DNA of 64,000 bases from the human T2T-CHM13v2.0 reference genome, Homo sapiens. This document shows positions 39,836 through 52,623 of this stretch, piece by piece (positions within the stretch are counted from its first letter, which is position 1; the number at the start of each line of letters is the position of its first letter). The notes beneath the pieces are model-generated. The model was not told where the DNA came from. It was given only the letters and a program-made list of their open reading frames with translations, and made no database searches. A program made the translations under genes and the position numbers. The DNA lies in the NCBI RefSeq assembly GCF_009914755.1, contig NC_060928.1; one strand, 5' to 3'.

Positions 39836-42796
39836 TCACAGGACTCTCATGGCAACACATAGTACAAACCATGACTTCCTAACAGAAAGGGAAATGACTT
39901 CTGTCTAATTCAAAGAATATTAAGGTAAAGAAATATTTTTGGTAAGAAAGGTTATACAGAAAGTAGATTTTATATGAGAAAGGATCTTGTATGGTAAATT
40001 ATTGTCCTAAAGTAAAATGACTGTTTAAAAAGAGTTGTTTAAAATGTTGTTTAAAAAGAGGGATGTTTAGGACAAGTCAGAAAGTCCAAGCATGTCATAG
40101 ATGTTCTGTGTAGGTCATAAAAAGATTCATGAAAGGGAATTTACATAAAGAAATAATATATAATTTTAAAGGTTATTAGGCATACTAAATGCTTCATACA
40201 CTGCTACTATGACTCTTAAATGTACAGCTTGCCTGCTTTAAAGCCATTAAATTCTCCCCCAGATAAGGCCTGGGGACATACAGAGTTAGCCATGGCTAAC
40301 TCCCTTCTGATTTGGAGTTAGCCATGCCCCCTAGCTATGCTTGTAAGAGTCAAACCTTATCTGCACTTCCATCTGATGTCCTAGGCTCCACACCTAGTAC
40401 ATAACTAAAATCGTTTACTTACCAGGTTGTACACTAAAAGTAAAAGTTGCTAAGTGCTAACAGTGTAACATATATTTGAGGTTACTGGAAAAACAGTTTT
40501 CAATGCAAGGCATGTAAGGAAAGTAGAATGTACTTTTAGTAAAAGATTATAAGAAGGCATAGGAATGTAATTTTTTTTGCCTAGCTTAGAGGGTTAAAGG
40601 ATTGTTATTAGGTGGATAGGATAAAGCTGAAGGTTAAAGCAAGTTGTAGGAGGTTTGTCAAATAATTTTGTCAAAGAAATTCTGTGTGTGATCATGTTGG
40701 CTAAAGTTAAAGGGGTATTTTTCAGTTTTTCCATAAATTTAACATTGGAATAAAAGCACAGCATGTTTTTTAGAGCGTTGTTCTGTTCTTTAACAGAAAA
40801 TTATAAAGGGTGATGAGAATCTTACCTTATAGTCAAACTGATTAAGATTGAGTAGATTTGTCTATAAGGTTTTATTAGGAACTGGATTTAACATTAATAG
40901 TACACTAAAGCAAAGGTAATATTTGGCCATAATCATGTGAAACTCCTGTAATTCTGATGTAACTTAGTATATATTATCAGTAATAGTTATAAGTATCAAA
41001 TTATTTTGTGCCACAGAGGTTAACAAATTTCCTTGTCAATTGTGCCTTTGACTGTGGCTTCCCTAAGACCTTTTTAATCTACATACAATTGTTGCCTTGT
41101 TTTGATGTTCTTTAAAATGTGTTTTTATAATCAGCTATCAGACTCTAACTGGTGTTCTTAAATGCAGGTTTCTGATTTGCAGATTGTGACATGAGAATAG
41201 AGGAAAAACTTTCAGGACACTTAAGGAGAGCTGAAATGCTCACGAATATTAAGCAGAGCATAAGTCAACTGTATGGACTGACCTAATAGAAGACTGAAAT
41301 AATTCTTCTATTTACACCTTTTAACAATTGAGTAAAGTATACTGCTGTAAACAAAATTTGGAGCATATTTGTTTCTCTCTACCTGATTTCTCTAGAATTA
41401 GGAAACTATGAATATTCTTAACATGTGAATATAGTTATTTGCATAAGTGCAGTAAGAATCTGTTTTCTTTTGCAACAGGACACAATTGGAAACTGGTTGT
41501 TTTACCAAGACTTTGTAAAGCCTTGCTAACTGGAATTTGTGCTTTCCTTTAAGGAATCATATTTGACTTATAGATCCAATAAAAGCCCTTTGGGAAAACT
41601 GGCCTCATACCTACTCTACACAGTTCCTGTACAGGATTCCTGACCTGTGGTAAGTAAAGAATATCACTTTCTGACAGGCCCAGGAGCCCCAAGTTATCTT
41701 GGGACCTCAAGCAGAAAGGTATTTATTCAACTCATACAGTTACTTGATGGCACAGGTATTTGAAGATTTAAACCCATGGCTGGGCTTAAGGTTTTAAAAA
41801 GTCTTCTCTGAGATTTCTCATGGAACAAAGTTCCATCAAAGCCAATTTAAAAAGTAGCTCATATGGCAAATAGTTATTCTTGCTGTGCTTTATACAAATA
41901 GCCAGGCCAAGTATAATAAGACTAAAGCTTATTTCGCAAATAAATCAGTTCTATCATGATTTGTTTTTAATAGAAATGAGAACTGGTGAGAGAAAAATTA
42001 TGTTAATGTACCATGGTACTTGTTATTAGATTCTAGTCTCATCAATAGTTTTTGAGATTTATCTGCAATTCAGACTAACCCTGCTTATTTCTGTGAACCA
42101 ACTAGTGATCTCTAGCTTCAGCTCAAAAGAAATAGGAGGGATGAGTAATGCAAAAATCTGGATCAAGATTCTAATGCTGGGCACATATTGGAATTGGCTA
42201 GCAGCTCCATCCCCCTAAGTCTTAGCAGGCATGACTATAGCTTTCAGCTATGTGGGCATGGCAGCAGCTTCAGGATATTTTTCTGGAGCTGTCCTCACCC
42301 TGTTATTTCGTTTTGACAACTTCTAAATCTAATAACCTGATTTGTCTTCTCTTGCCTTCAGGCCATCAAGCACCAGATAATCCTCAGTGAGTGATACATC
42401 CCCTTAATATTCAAGAGCCACCCTTCTGTAGGGGGCCGATAGAATGCCCCATCAGTGGGACAAGACAGAGGTGAAATCCTGCCCCTCTCTCCCTTGGACC
42501 TGGCTAGATACTGCTTTTACCATCCCATGGAGTCACACTGCCCTGACAGGTAACAAGAGCCTAAGGCCCACAGAACAACCACCACGGTCCCTCTGTCAGC
42601 AGGGGGCAGTTACAGAAGACTGACCTTCATCCATTTTCCCCAAAGAATTGGGGTCTTGGACTCCTGACGTGTGAAATGTTATAGTAGGCAGCTAGTCAGA
42701 CATGAGCAGGGAAGGAGAGGGCCCCTCTCCCCAACCAGGAATGTCCGATGACCATCAGGTGATGGTCAAGTGGTTGTTAACTGTTTCTCTAAAATA

Positions 42797-42837
42797 AAAG
42801 TAATGGCAAAACAGCAATTACTTATGCACAAACCTAA
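42797..42837. mobile_element. Half MADE1 (Hsmar1-derived MITE, single TIR)
   Basis: aaagtaatggcaaaacagcaattacttatgcacaaacctaa followed by TA; absent from the 5' LTR. Confidence 0.85.
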
Positions 42838-44661
42838 TAATTAGTTGCATCAAGTGCCAGGGAAAGACAGTCTCCCAATAGACAGAAAAACCTGAAACTG
42901 GTGATCAGCTCTCTGATAAGATTTTAGGAGTCAGGTGAGTTGTTTCAAGCATGTGCACTAAGAGGCAAAATGGCAGAGTTTAACTGGTATACAATCTTCC
43001 TCTACGAACATGCAGCTGGTAAGGGAAAAATGCCTCAAGTGACCATGTGCACAACTTCGTAAACACACTGCAAATGTGGCCCCTCTCAAGTGCTGGCAGG
43101 CCACTGTGCATGCGGACAGCAACCCTAAGAAAACAATGAGGGCAGAAGGGATGCAAGACTCTGGAAATATGCCGGTGTATAAAACCACGAGTCAAAGGTC
43201 AGGTCAAACAGGGCACTTGATCTGTCAAGTCGCCCACTTGTCCCTCTTTCTTTCATTCCTGCTCTAAACTTTTACTCAACTTTTACTCCTGCCTCAGTCT
43301 CTCACTCTGCCTTATGCCCCTCAAATTCTTTCCTCTGAGGAGGCAAGAATAGAGGTTGCTGCATACCAGTATGGATTCACTGCCCTTAACAATGGTGAGC
43401 ATAGACTGGGGAAAGAGACTACCTAAATTGAATAGAATAGGGTGGGCATATGCTGATTATAATTATATTTGCTATTTATATTATATTATCTAATACCTAC
43501 CTATTGTGTTATTGGTTAAAAATTTCTTCAGAAATCATCTCCCCATTCATTCATATAGTTGCAGTGAGAATTGAACTATTATTGTTATGTAATTTTATTC
43601 ATTTCCATGGTTGATAGGGCCAGAGATGAGACCATTTGAGTAACTGAGGCCATTCCCTGGAAATACAGGTGAAAATGGAAGTCATTTTTTCCTTGGTTCC
43701 AAGATTGTAATACAGGAGTCCCATGCATTATTGGTTGGTTGTTTTATTGCATGGACAGTGAAGGAAATGAAGCTTGTCTGTGGAGAGGTCATAAAACAGG
43801 GAGATCTATAGAGAGACACATGAAAGAGACGGACAAACGAACTGATCAGTGGAGCTCATTGTTCCAATTCTTTCCTGATGTTTAAAGCTTAAATTCTTTC
43901 ATCTTTCCTTATCTACTCTTGAGGCCTCCTGGATAGATGCTCTTGTGCATTTTTCTGTCTTGAAGGTGATCTGCTATGGAATCTCACTCTAGCATCTCAC
44001 TTTTCTCAGAGACGAACCTTGCTTTTGGTTAAACCTCTATTAACTATCCATTAATTCTATCAGTTGCTTGCTCTTGGAAAATTGATCTGACAAACTTATT
44101 CATAGTGAGTTGTTAATAGACCAATGTATTTTCACATATCTGGTAAATCAGAATTTTCCAGAAAGATATTACAATTTTCTATTACTTTGTTATACCAGTT
44201 ATTTCAGAGAACTTGAGGCTGACTGAGCAAAATGTGAACCCTTGATAGAATCTGGACTGGCTTCTTCCTAATTTGTCATTTTTCATCTCTACCATCTCTC
44301 TCTCTGGACTTGCTGCCTCTTTCTCTGTGCCTCCTCTGTGTCACTGCTTTCCTCAGCTGCCTGTATGTGGCCCATTTGAGGTGATGGGGGCCTATACACA
44401 AAGCTGACAAGTAACTTCCATATTTTGTCAAAAATTTAAAAATCAACTCCACTTGAACTCTATGGAGCTTCCTACTTACCATGATAAAAATAAATCAGAA
44501 AAACAAAAACATTCCCTGGCTACAGGGACTTGGCGTTATAACAGACATATCAAATTCACATGCATAATCTCTGGCCACATCTCCTACCATCCATTTCTCT
44601 CCTACTCAGAGCCAACCTGCTAAGCAGGTTCTTCCCTCAGAAATGTATATGGCTTACCCAC

Positions 44662-45117
44662 TGCATTTGTTTTCTAGGGATGCTATAATAAAGTACCACA
44701 AAATAGGTGACTGAGAACAGCAGAAATTTATTTTGTCACAGTTTCAGAGGTCAGAAGTCCAAAGTCAAGTGTTGGCAGTGTGGCTCTTTTTGGAGACCCA
44801 TTCCAAGCATCTCTCCTAGTTTCTGGTGTCTTCCAGCAAGCCTTGGCTTGTAGATGTGTCACTCTAATCTCTGCCTCCATCTTCATATCACCTTCTTTTG
44901 TGTCTCTGTGTCTCCCCATCTCCTTCTCTATTCTCTTATAAGAATATCAGTCATAGGGTAGAGAGCCCACCCTAATCCAGGATAATCTCATCTTGAGAAT
45001 TTTAACTTAATTATGTCTACAAAGACCTTATTTCTAAATAAAGTCATATTCCTAGGTAGCAGGGTAGGACTTGGACATAACTTTTTTTGGGGGAGGAGGC
45101 ACTGTCAACCCACTATA
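44662..45117 (-). mobile_element. MLT1C-like solo LTR within L2 remnants
   Basis: gctataataaagtaccacaaa...cagaagtccaaagtcaag...cccaccctaatccaggataatctcatcttgaga. Confidence 0.8.
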
Positions 45118-45566
45118 CCTCTCCTCCTCACTCTTATCATATCTTCATTTAAATGCCATCACAAAAAGAGCTTCCCTGACCATGCTATAAAAAATAAACT
45201 CTCATGCCTTACTTAATAACAAACCTCCTCACTCTGTGTCTACTTATAGCTTGCTATGGCCTAACACAACTGCATGATACAATTCAATTATAGCTCCACT
45301 GCTAACCAACATAATCTTTCAGTATCCCCTCTTCAATTTGTTGACAGAGAAAAAAATCTAATTCGTAAATGTATTCATTTTTTCCTGGCCATGACTCATG
45401 TGCAAACAGGTGGATTGGCTACCCTGATATCAGGTACTCACTCTTGGTCCAGTTCCAGTGACTGGAAGTATGGATTTATATGAGGAAACCAGGGTCATGT
45501 AGGTATATAACAGAGAAATTCTCTTAGCAGAAGAACTAGGCATGTATAATATTATAATTATGTAAC

Positions 45567-45920
<354 letters not shown>

Positions 45921-46027
45921 TGAGATGAAAAGATTTATCATTTTTCTTACTTAACAGGTGACAATAAATTCCTTCCCCTCTCTGTTCCCCCATCCCTCCT
46001 TTCTTTCCTTCCTTCCCTTATAGATAT

Positions 46028-46060
46028 GTACACGCACACACACACACACAAACACACACA
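46028..46060. repeat. (CA)n microsatellite, interrupted
   Basis: Direct reading. Confidence 0.9.
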
Positions 46061-46838
46061 GTCTGTAAAGTTGCAGTTAGTGAATTTTAGTTTTTCAGAG
46101 TTAACCATGCAATAAACCAATGTTGTGGTCTCTAGTGTTTACTCGGCTGTTTGTAGGCTGGTTTCATCTTATTATTTTTTTTTTTTTGTATTTGCCTTAT
46201 CTTTCTTCATCAGAAAATATTTGGGGATAGCACAATAGAAAGAATATTTGGAGACCAGAAACTTAGATTTTCTGACTACCACCAATTAGCTGTGTCTGAT
46301 TTATATTTATATCTGATAAATATTTACATTTAATATCAACAGGAGGGAAATTTGATGAGTCTAATATGTAAAATGTATGTTTATAAAATTGATCAATTGC
46401 TCCAATATGAACCACTGTGGGTCCAAACTTTTGAGTAGCAATCCAAAAATGAATAAATTTTTAGTCAAATAATTTATAACTTCTAGAAAATTAAGGAGAA
46501 ATTTTGGCTTCAAAGAAGAATAACTTTTTTTTTCTTTCTACTGATATGAAGAAACTATTCCTTCCATGAGTCCTCATGGAGAGGCACTATATAAATGCAA
46601 TAAAACGCTTCTTAGTTACATCCTGAAATTAACTACAGTAGTGGTTTCTGTAATGATTAAGGGAATGGCATCTTAAATTGGGTTCAAATTTTCCTACCAC
46701 CATTTATAAGATGAATGGGCTTGAGAAAATTCTTTGTTGGTTTAGTTTCCTCATTGTTAAAATATTGAAAACAGTAGGGTATAACTCAAGTTTTTTTTTT
46801 TTTTTTGTGAATAGTAAATGAAATCTGATGCACGATTC

Positions 46839-47147
46839 TTTTTGTTGTTGTTGTTGTTGTTGTTGAGATGGAGTCTCGCTCTGTTGCCAGGCTGGAGTGG
46901 TGTAGTGGGTGCGATCTCGGCTCACTGCAGCCTCTGCCTCCCGGGTTCAAGTGATTCTCCTGCCTCAGCCTCCTGAGTAGCTGGGACTCTAGGCATGTGC
47001 CACTATGCCAAGCTGAGTTTTGTATTTTTAGTAGAGATGAGATTTCACCCATGTTGGCCGGGAAGGTCTTGATCTCCTGACCTCGTGATCCACCTGCCTT
47101 GGCCTCTCAAAGTGCTGGAATTACAGGTGTGAGCCACCGCTCCCGGC
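46839..47147 (-). mobile_element. AluSc-like with (CAA)n tail, inserted in a MIR
   Basis: (ttg)n tract at 46842-46865; ctgttgccaggctgg and gacctcgtgatcc diagnostics; MIR pieces on both sides. Confidence 0.9.
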
Positions 47148-48077
47148 TGCATATGATTCTTAGAATGGTGCTGGGCACATAGTCAACACAAAATATTAAG
47201 CTATGCCTGTTACTGAAATGCAATTTATTATTTTAAAAAATTCTCAAAAAATAATGATAGCCTAATGTCAAATTGAATTTCTTTCACAGTAAGTTTTTGG
47301 TCAAGCCAAAAGTTTCAGAGTTCTTTGACAATCATACTTAACCCAATGAGATATTTCATAGTAGATGAATGAGTTTATCTGTTCTTCAGATAAGAATTTA
47401 CCTATTCAGATAATCATCTATAAATAGTTTCATTCAACATAGTTTGTGAGAAGTATTGATCAGTATTGATTTTGTGGTTATACTCTGACAAGTACTTGGA
47501 GTACAGGCATTCTGAGTTGTTGATTAAATGTAAAACTAGTGTTTGATATTTGAAAGGAGTAAAAAAAGATTTAAAAGCGAGAAACTTGATAAAGACACAT
47601 CTTATAGAAACACTCTTTTTCTGCATGGAGTTGGGCTGAGGCTACCTGTGGGAAATATTAGTGTTATTGTTAAAATGTAATCTGAGGCTTGACCCAGTAT
47701 CTAAATGAATGTGCAATTGAAACTCACAAATTTTAAATCAGAGAGCAGACGTGCAATAATTTTACCTTGGAAAGTTTTGAAAGCAGGTGTAAACAAATGC
47801 TCACCTCAGCCATAAATAAAAACTCAGTGAAATATTTATAGAATCTTTAACCTTGAGCAATATTCCTTTCTTGTAGATGCTCCAAATGTATGCCAAACTA
47901 ACTGAATGGATTTAATGTATGGTGCAGATTTATTGATTAAGGACCATTTAAGAGTTAGAGAATATATATCCAAAACAATCATTTTAGTTACAGAATATTT
48001 TATGGTACAATTTATGTTTGAAATTACTTTGGTGGCTATCTGTAGAAGATTGTTTGAAGGCAATAGTGAAATCAAGA

Positions 48078-48592
48078 TGTGGCGGTTAATTTTATATGTT
48101 AAGTTGACAGGGCTAAAGAATGCCCAGACAGCTGGTAAAACATTATTTCTTGGTGTTAATATGAAGGAATTTTTGGAAGATATTAGCATTTGAATAAGTA
48201 GATTAAGAAAGTGGCCCTCACCAATGTAGATGGGCATAATCCAATCCATTGAAAGTCCAAACAAAATTAAAAAATAGAGAAAAGACAAATTTGCTCTCTC
48301 TACTTGAACAGGGTCATCCATCTTCTCCTGTCTACAAACATTGGCTTTCCTCATTCTTGGGCCTTAGATTCGAACCATAACTTACACCATCAGATCCCTG
48401 GTTCTCAGGTCTTCACGCTTGGTCTGAAACTATACCACTGGCTTTCATGGCCTACCAGCTTGCAGATGGCAGATAGTGGGACATCTCAGCCTCCATAATT
48501 GTGCAACCCAATTCCTAATAAATGAATATATTCCTCTATATCTATAGGTATCCTATGTGGTCTATTTCTCTGAAGAACCTGACTAATATACA
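48078..48592 (+). mobile_element. MLT2 (ERVL) solo LTR
   Basis: Same family motifs as 5402-5903 (gaatgcccagacagctggtaaaacattatttct; gaacctgactaata). Confidence 0.85.
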
Positions 48593-49269
48593 GAGATAAA
48601 TTAGGCTGCTATAGCAGGAGTATAGGTGAGATGCTTATGGCTGAACGTGAATCAGTTCAAGGATTTGTGAAAGCTCCTAATAGGACACCTACATGATTCA
48701 TACCCAATCTTAATATTCATATCTGCAGGTTTAGCTAATTCTGCCAAGGCATATGGGGAATAAAAGTTAAATACAGTTAAAAAGATATTTTATATTTTAG
48801 CAGTGGATATATGCCTTGACAGAAGAAATGTACATTTTAAAACAAACCATACATACCTTTCCAGGGAACTGAACAGGAATCAGAAAGAAAAATTTTCAGT
48901 GACATGAGCTAGGTGACAGTTCCTCTGTAGTTGACACAGATAAGAATGGCCAAACTAGCCCTCTTTTTTGCTAATTCTATCTCTGAATGCTGAAGATATA
49001 AAAGTCCACAAGACTCTGAAAGTGAATAGATGATTCCTCTGAAGTCCAAGTCTCTTTCTGGAAAATAATATTAGTTAAAAAAAAAACATGTTCTTTGAAC
49101 GTCACATTTTAGGGAATCTATTATACTAAAATTAGGAAACTTCTGAATCCATATATTTATAGTGACAACCTGGCAATATTAAGAGGTATTGCAAATACAG
49201 ATCACTCTCTCAAAGCAGATGAGGTCATGTGTGCAAAAGTATTAATTTTAAATTTAGAAGTTTATCAAG

Positions 49270-49796
49270 AACTATGAAGGATCTGAGATTTTTATTCTAC
49301 CTGTAAATTAACAAGTTAGCTTGCCACTGTTTCACGGATGTCACCAGCAGACATGGAATTTTATTTTTGTTCAAAGACAAAGGATTGTATTACCCTTGGC
49401 ACAGCAGGTAGCATGAATTTCAAGTTTCATTTTTCCCCTTGCTCTTACCCACACTAAGCCCCACAGGAGCAATGTATAGATGGGTCAAGGTGGATGCTGT
49501 GCCCACTGTGTTAGTATCACAGCTGAGAAACCTCATGCTTAGGAAACCCCAATGTATTATAAGATGGCTGAAAGCAAACTTGACCAATCTTTGCTCTGAA
49601 AGGAGACATTATTTTTATTATATTGCACAGAAAACAGACCTGCACTCTGCCTCAGAGGTAGATAATATCTCCATCTTCCATGGGTCCTTGCTATCCAAAC
49701 ATCCTTCAAAAGATAGTCCAGAAAAATATCTGCTAGTAACACTGCTTACAAGACATAGGGAAATATGAGAAAGTCATGGAGAATTTTATTCCAACA
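49270..49796 (-). mobile_element. MER74-like ERVL LTR
   Basis: ggatctgagatttttattctac...catggagaattttattccaaca. Confidence 0.65.
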
Positions 49797-50057
49797 GTGT
49801 TCAGAAAGAAAACCACACAAAGAGTATTCAAACATAATTTTAACTATGGTAAACTTGTCTGCATTGCAAAAAATTTATCATTGTAAAAAAATGTATAGTC
49901 ACCAGTAGCTTGCAGCACATGTATATGCTATTTAAGTACCTGAGTGGAAAAACTATTTTATATATGATGTAGCTAGTCTAAACTGGGCTCTCCCAAATTG
50001 CTCAACCAAAAACAGACAAAGTGTTCTTATGTGCACCCTCAGCAAGGGAACAAGCTC

Positions 50058-50457
50058 TCTTCATCCATTGGGGTTGTAATAGTAAAATACCTGAGACTAG
50101 GTAATTTATATAAAATATAAATTTATGCTGGAGTTCTGGAGGTTTGGAAGTCTATGATCAAGATGCCAGCAACGTTGGTGTCTGGTAAGGACCTGGTCTC
50201 TTCTTCCAAGATGGTGTACTGTTGTTGCTATATCTTCTGGAGGGAAGGAATGGCACATCATCACGTAAGAAACAGTGGAAGAGCAGCAGAGGCTAACTCT
50301 CCCTGAAGCCTGTTTTAGGAGGCCATTAATCAATTTATGAGGTCTCTGCCCTTTTGACTTAATTACTACTCAGAAGGTCCCTCCTCTTTAAACTGCTGCA
50401 TTGGGAATTACATTTTGACATGAATTTGGAGGGGACACCATCGTTCAAACCATAATG
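50058..50457 (-). mobile_element. MSTC/D-like MaLR solo LTR
   Basis: aaatacctgagactaggtaatttat...gaatttggaggggacac...ttcaaaccata. Confidence 0.8.
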
Positions 50458-51073
50458 CAATCCCAGCCAACCTTCTTGTGAGAATTCCATTCTGTCCCTT
50501 CTAACCACGCCCATCTCTTCTACTTGGAGTTTTACTATGTATAGCTAGATTAAAGGTCCTGTTACTTGTGGGGAATAGTGAGGAGGCTACAAATGGAGGC
50601 AACACGTGTTTTAAAATTCCTACCATATATCATATTGAGACAATTTACAAGGTTGTTGGAAATGATATACAGAAAACCAAAACAGTAGAAATTTTAGAAT
50701 TATAACTCATAGTCTTTTCACTGAGCTCGGAAAAGACAATTCAGCTGTTTGTAACATATGGTAAATACTGTTAGCAAAAGAATAAATAGCTATAGATTTC
50801 TTACTGTGAATCTCTGTATTGTAGCTAATAGCAGATTTTTCAGAATTAATCAGGCATTAAAGTTAAGTTCCATGATGACTTTTGGTGTTTACTCAGCTAT
50901 TTGGAGTGATGTTTAATCTTGCTATTCTTTTTCTCCACTTTTTAGCACTGCATTACATAAATTGTAATTATTGCTTCCTCATTTCATCTTCCTTTCTGAC
51001 TTGACCACTAAGCTAATGTCACATAGTTTAGACTTTTTGTTATAAAGTAACTCAAATTAAAATTTAAATTTAT

Positions 51074-51364
51074 GGACAGGCATTGTGGGTAATGCCTATA
51101 ATTCCAGGATTTGGGGAGGCAAAGGCAGGAGAATCGTTTCAGGCCAGGAGTTCAAGACACGCTTGGGCAATATAGCAAGACCTTGTCTCAAGTAAAACTA
51201 CAAAAAATTACCCGGACTACAGGGATGTGCCTGTAGTCCCAGCTACTGTGGAGGCTGAGGAGGGAGAGTTACTTGAGCCCTGGAGTTCAAGCTTGTGGTG
51301 ATCTATGATTGTGCCATGGCACTCCAGCCTGGGCAACAGCCTGGGCAACTTTATCTCAAAAAAA
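51074..51364 (+). mobile_element. AluJ (diverged, internally rearranged)
   Basis: Dimeric Alu with J diagnostics; degenerate TSD around ttaaattt. Confidence 0.9.
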
Positions 51365-51419
51365 CATTAAATTTCTGTAAATTAATGAAATATGACTGGA
51401 TAAAGAAATGGAATTACTA

Positions 51420-51860
51420 TATTTTTGAAGGCTAACATGAAAGCTGTGGAAAGACACAATAATGGAAGTCACTAAAAAGAAATTGCTCTCAAATTAGGAT
51501 TAGGTGAGCCAAATATATATAATTATAAATAAAAGAATGGAAAACAGCTAAAAAAGAGTTTACACTTATATTACTTATGACTAACTTTAAGTTGTGTTCT
51601 AGGTTTAAAAAAGTATATACAGAAAACTAAAGATTTTTAAAAGTTTGTATATGTTTATCAATAATAAGACACTAAACTATAGTCAGCAGATCTATATGTG
51701 AGATCTAAGCATTAGTCAGATATCACAAGGTTGGCAAAAGAATAACTCTATCTATTGATTCATCAATCTGTTGCCTATCATCTGTTTTTATGTCATCGTA
51801 TTTCTATCTATGTTTTTTAATTGCCCATTTTAGCCAACATTTTCAAGTAAGTGACAAATC
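51420..51860 (+). mobile_element. Ancient Tigger-type DNA transposon remnant
   Basis: ggaaagacacaataatggaagtcactaaaaagaaattgctctcaaattagg resembles the HTH-coding region of old TcMar-Tigger elements. Confidence 0.4.
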
Positions 51861-52250
51861 TCAGTGATATAATGTATGGGGGCTTCCTCTCCAGAGCTGG
51901 TAGCTGCTTGCATGGATGCTCTTCTGCTCCTTCAGAGGTTTTTGCATATGCCTATTCTAAGTCAGTCTGTGCTGATTAAAGATAATTTAATTAAAGATAA
52001 TTTAATTTCCCCTGAATTTTTCAGGAGAGAGAGAGCCCCTTCACATACAGGTGGTCAAACTGGGTAGGTGTATAGTTGTTTGTTTTTATTAGTTTGCTTT
52101 TGTTTTTTCACTTATGATTGAGTTATGAGCATTTATTCCTAGCATTAAGTCTTACAGAAGTGTGATTTCGAGGGGCATTGTATGGCATTTCATCAAATAT
52201 AGGCTCTTTTAAATTTACTTTAGTGCCCAAATTTTGTACATTTTGGTTAC

Positions 52251-52623
52251 TGATATGGTTTCATTCTATGTCCCCACCCAAATCTCATCCTGTAGCTCCC
52301 ATAATTCCCATGTGTTGTGGAAGGGACCCAGTGGGAGATGATTGAATCATGAGGGTGAGTCTTTCTTGTATTGTTCTCGTGACAGTGAAGGGGTCTCATG
52401 AGATCATAGTCTTAAAAATGAGAGTTTCCCTGCACAAGCTCTTTCTTTGCCTGCTGCCATCCATATAAGATGTGACTTGGTGCTCCTTGCCTTCCACCAT
52501 GATTATGAGGCCTACCCAGCCATATGGAACTGTAAGTACAATAAACCTCTTTATTTTGTAAATTGCCCAGTCCAGAAAGAAAGTCCACTGTCTTTATCAG
52601 CAGTGTGAAAATGGACTAATACA
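52251..52623 (+). mobile_element. THE1 (THE1A-like) solo LTR
   Basis: tgatatggttt...ggactaataca; TSD gttac/gttat. Confidence 0.92.

Larger units (their letters stand above)
36551..43391 (+). mobile_element. MER50-type (MER4-group ERV1) provirus with both LTRs
   Basis: 5' LTR 36551-37250 and 3' LTR 42677-43391 (TG...CA termini), 4-bp TSD atgg (36547-36550 / 43392-43395), tRNA-His-like PBS tggtgccacatgacttggat (37256-37275). Confidence 0.93.

Noticed and set aside
46704-47052. PolyQ/polyT-containing ORFs
   Set aside because: Translation of an Alu (CAA)n tail and a poly(T) run.
47836-48354. 172-aa minus-strand ORF
   Set aside because: Runs antisense through an MLT2 LTR into flank, with no recognisable domain. 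The similar ORF at 5291-5635 has the same origin.
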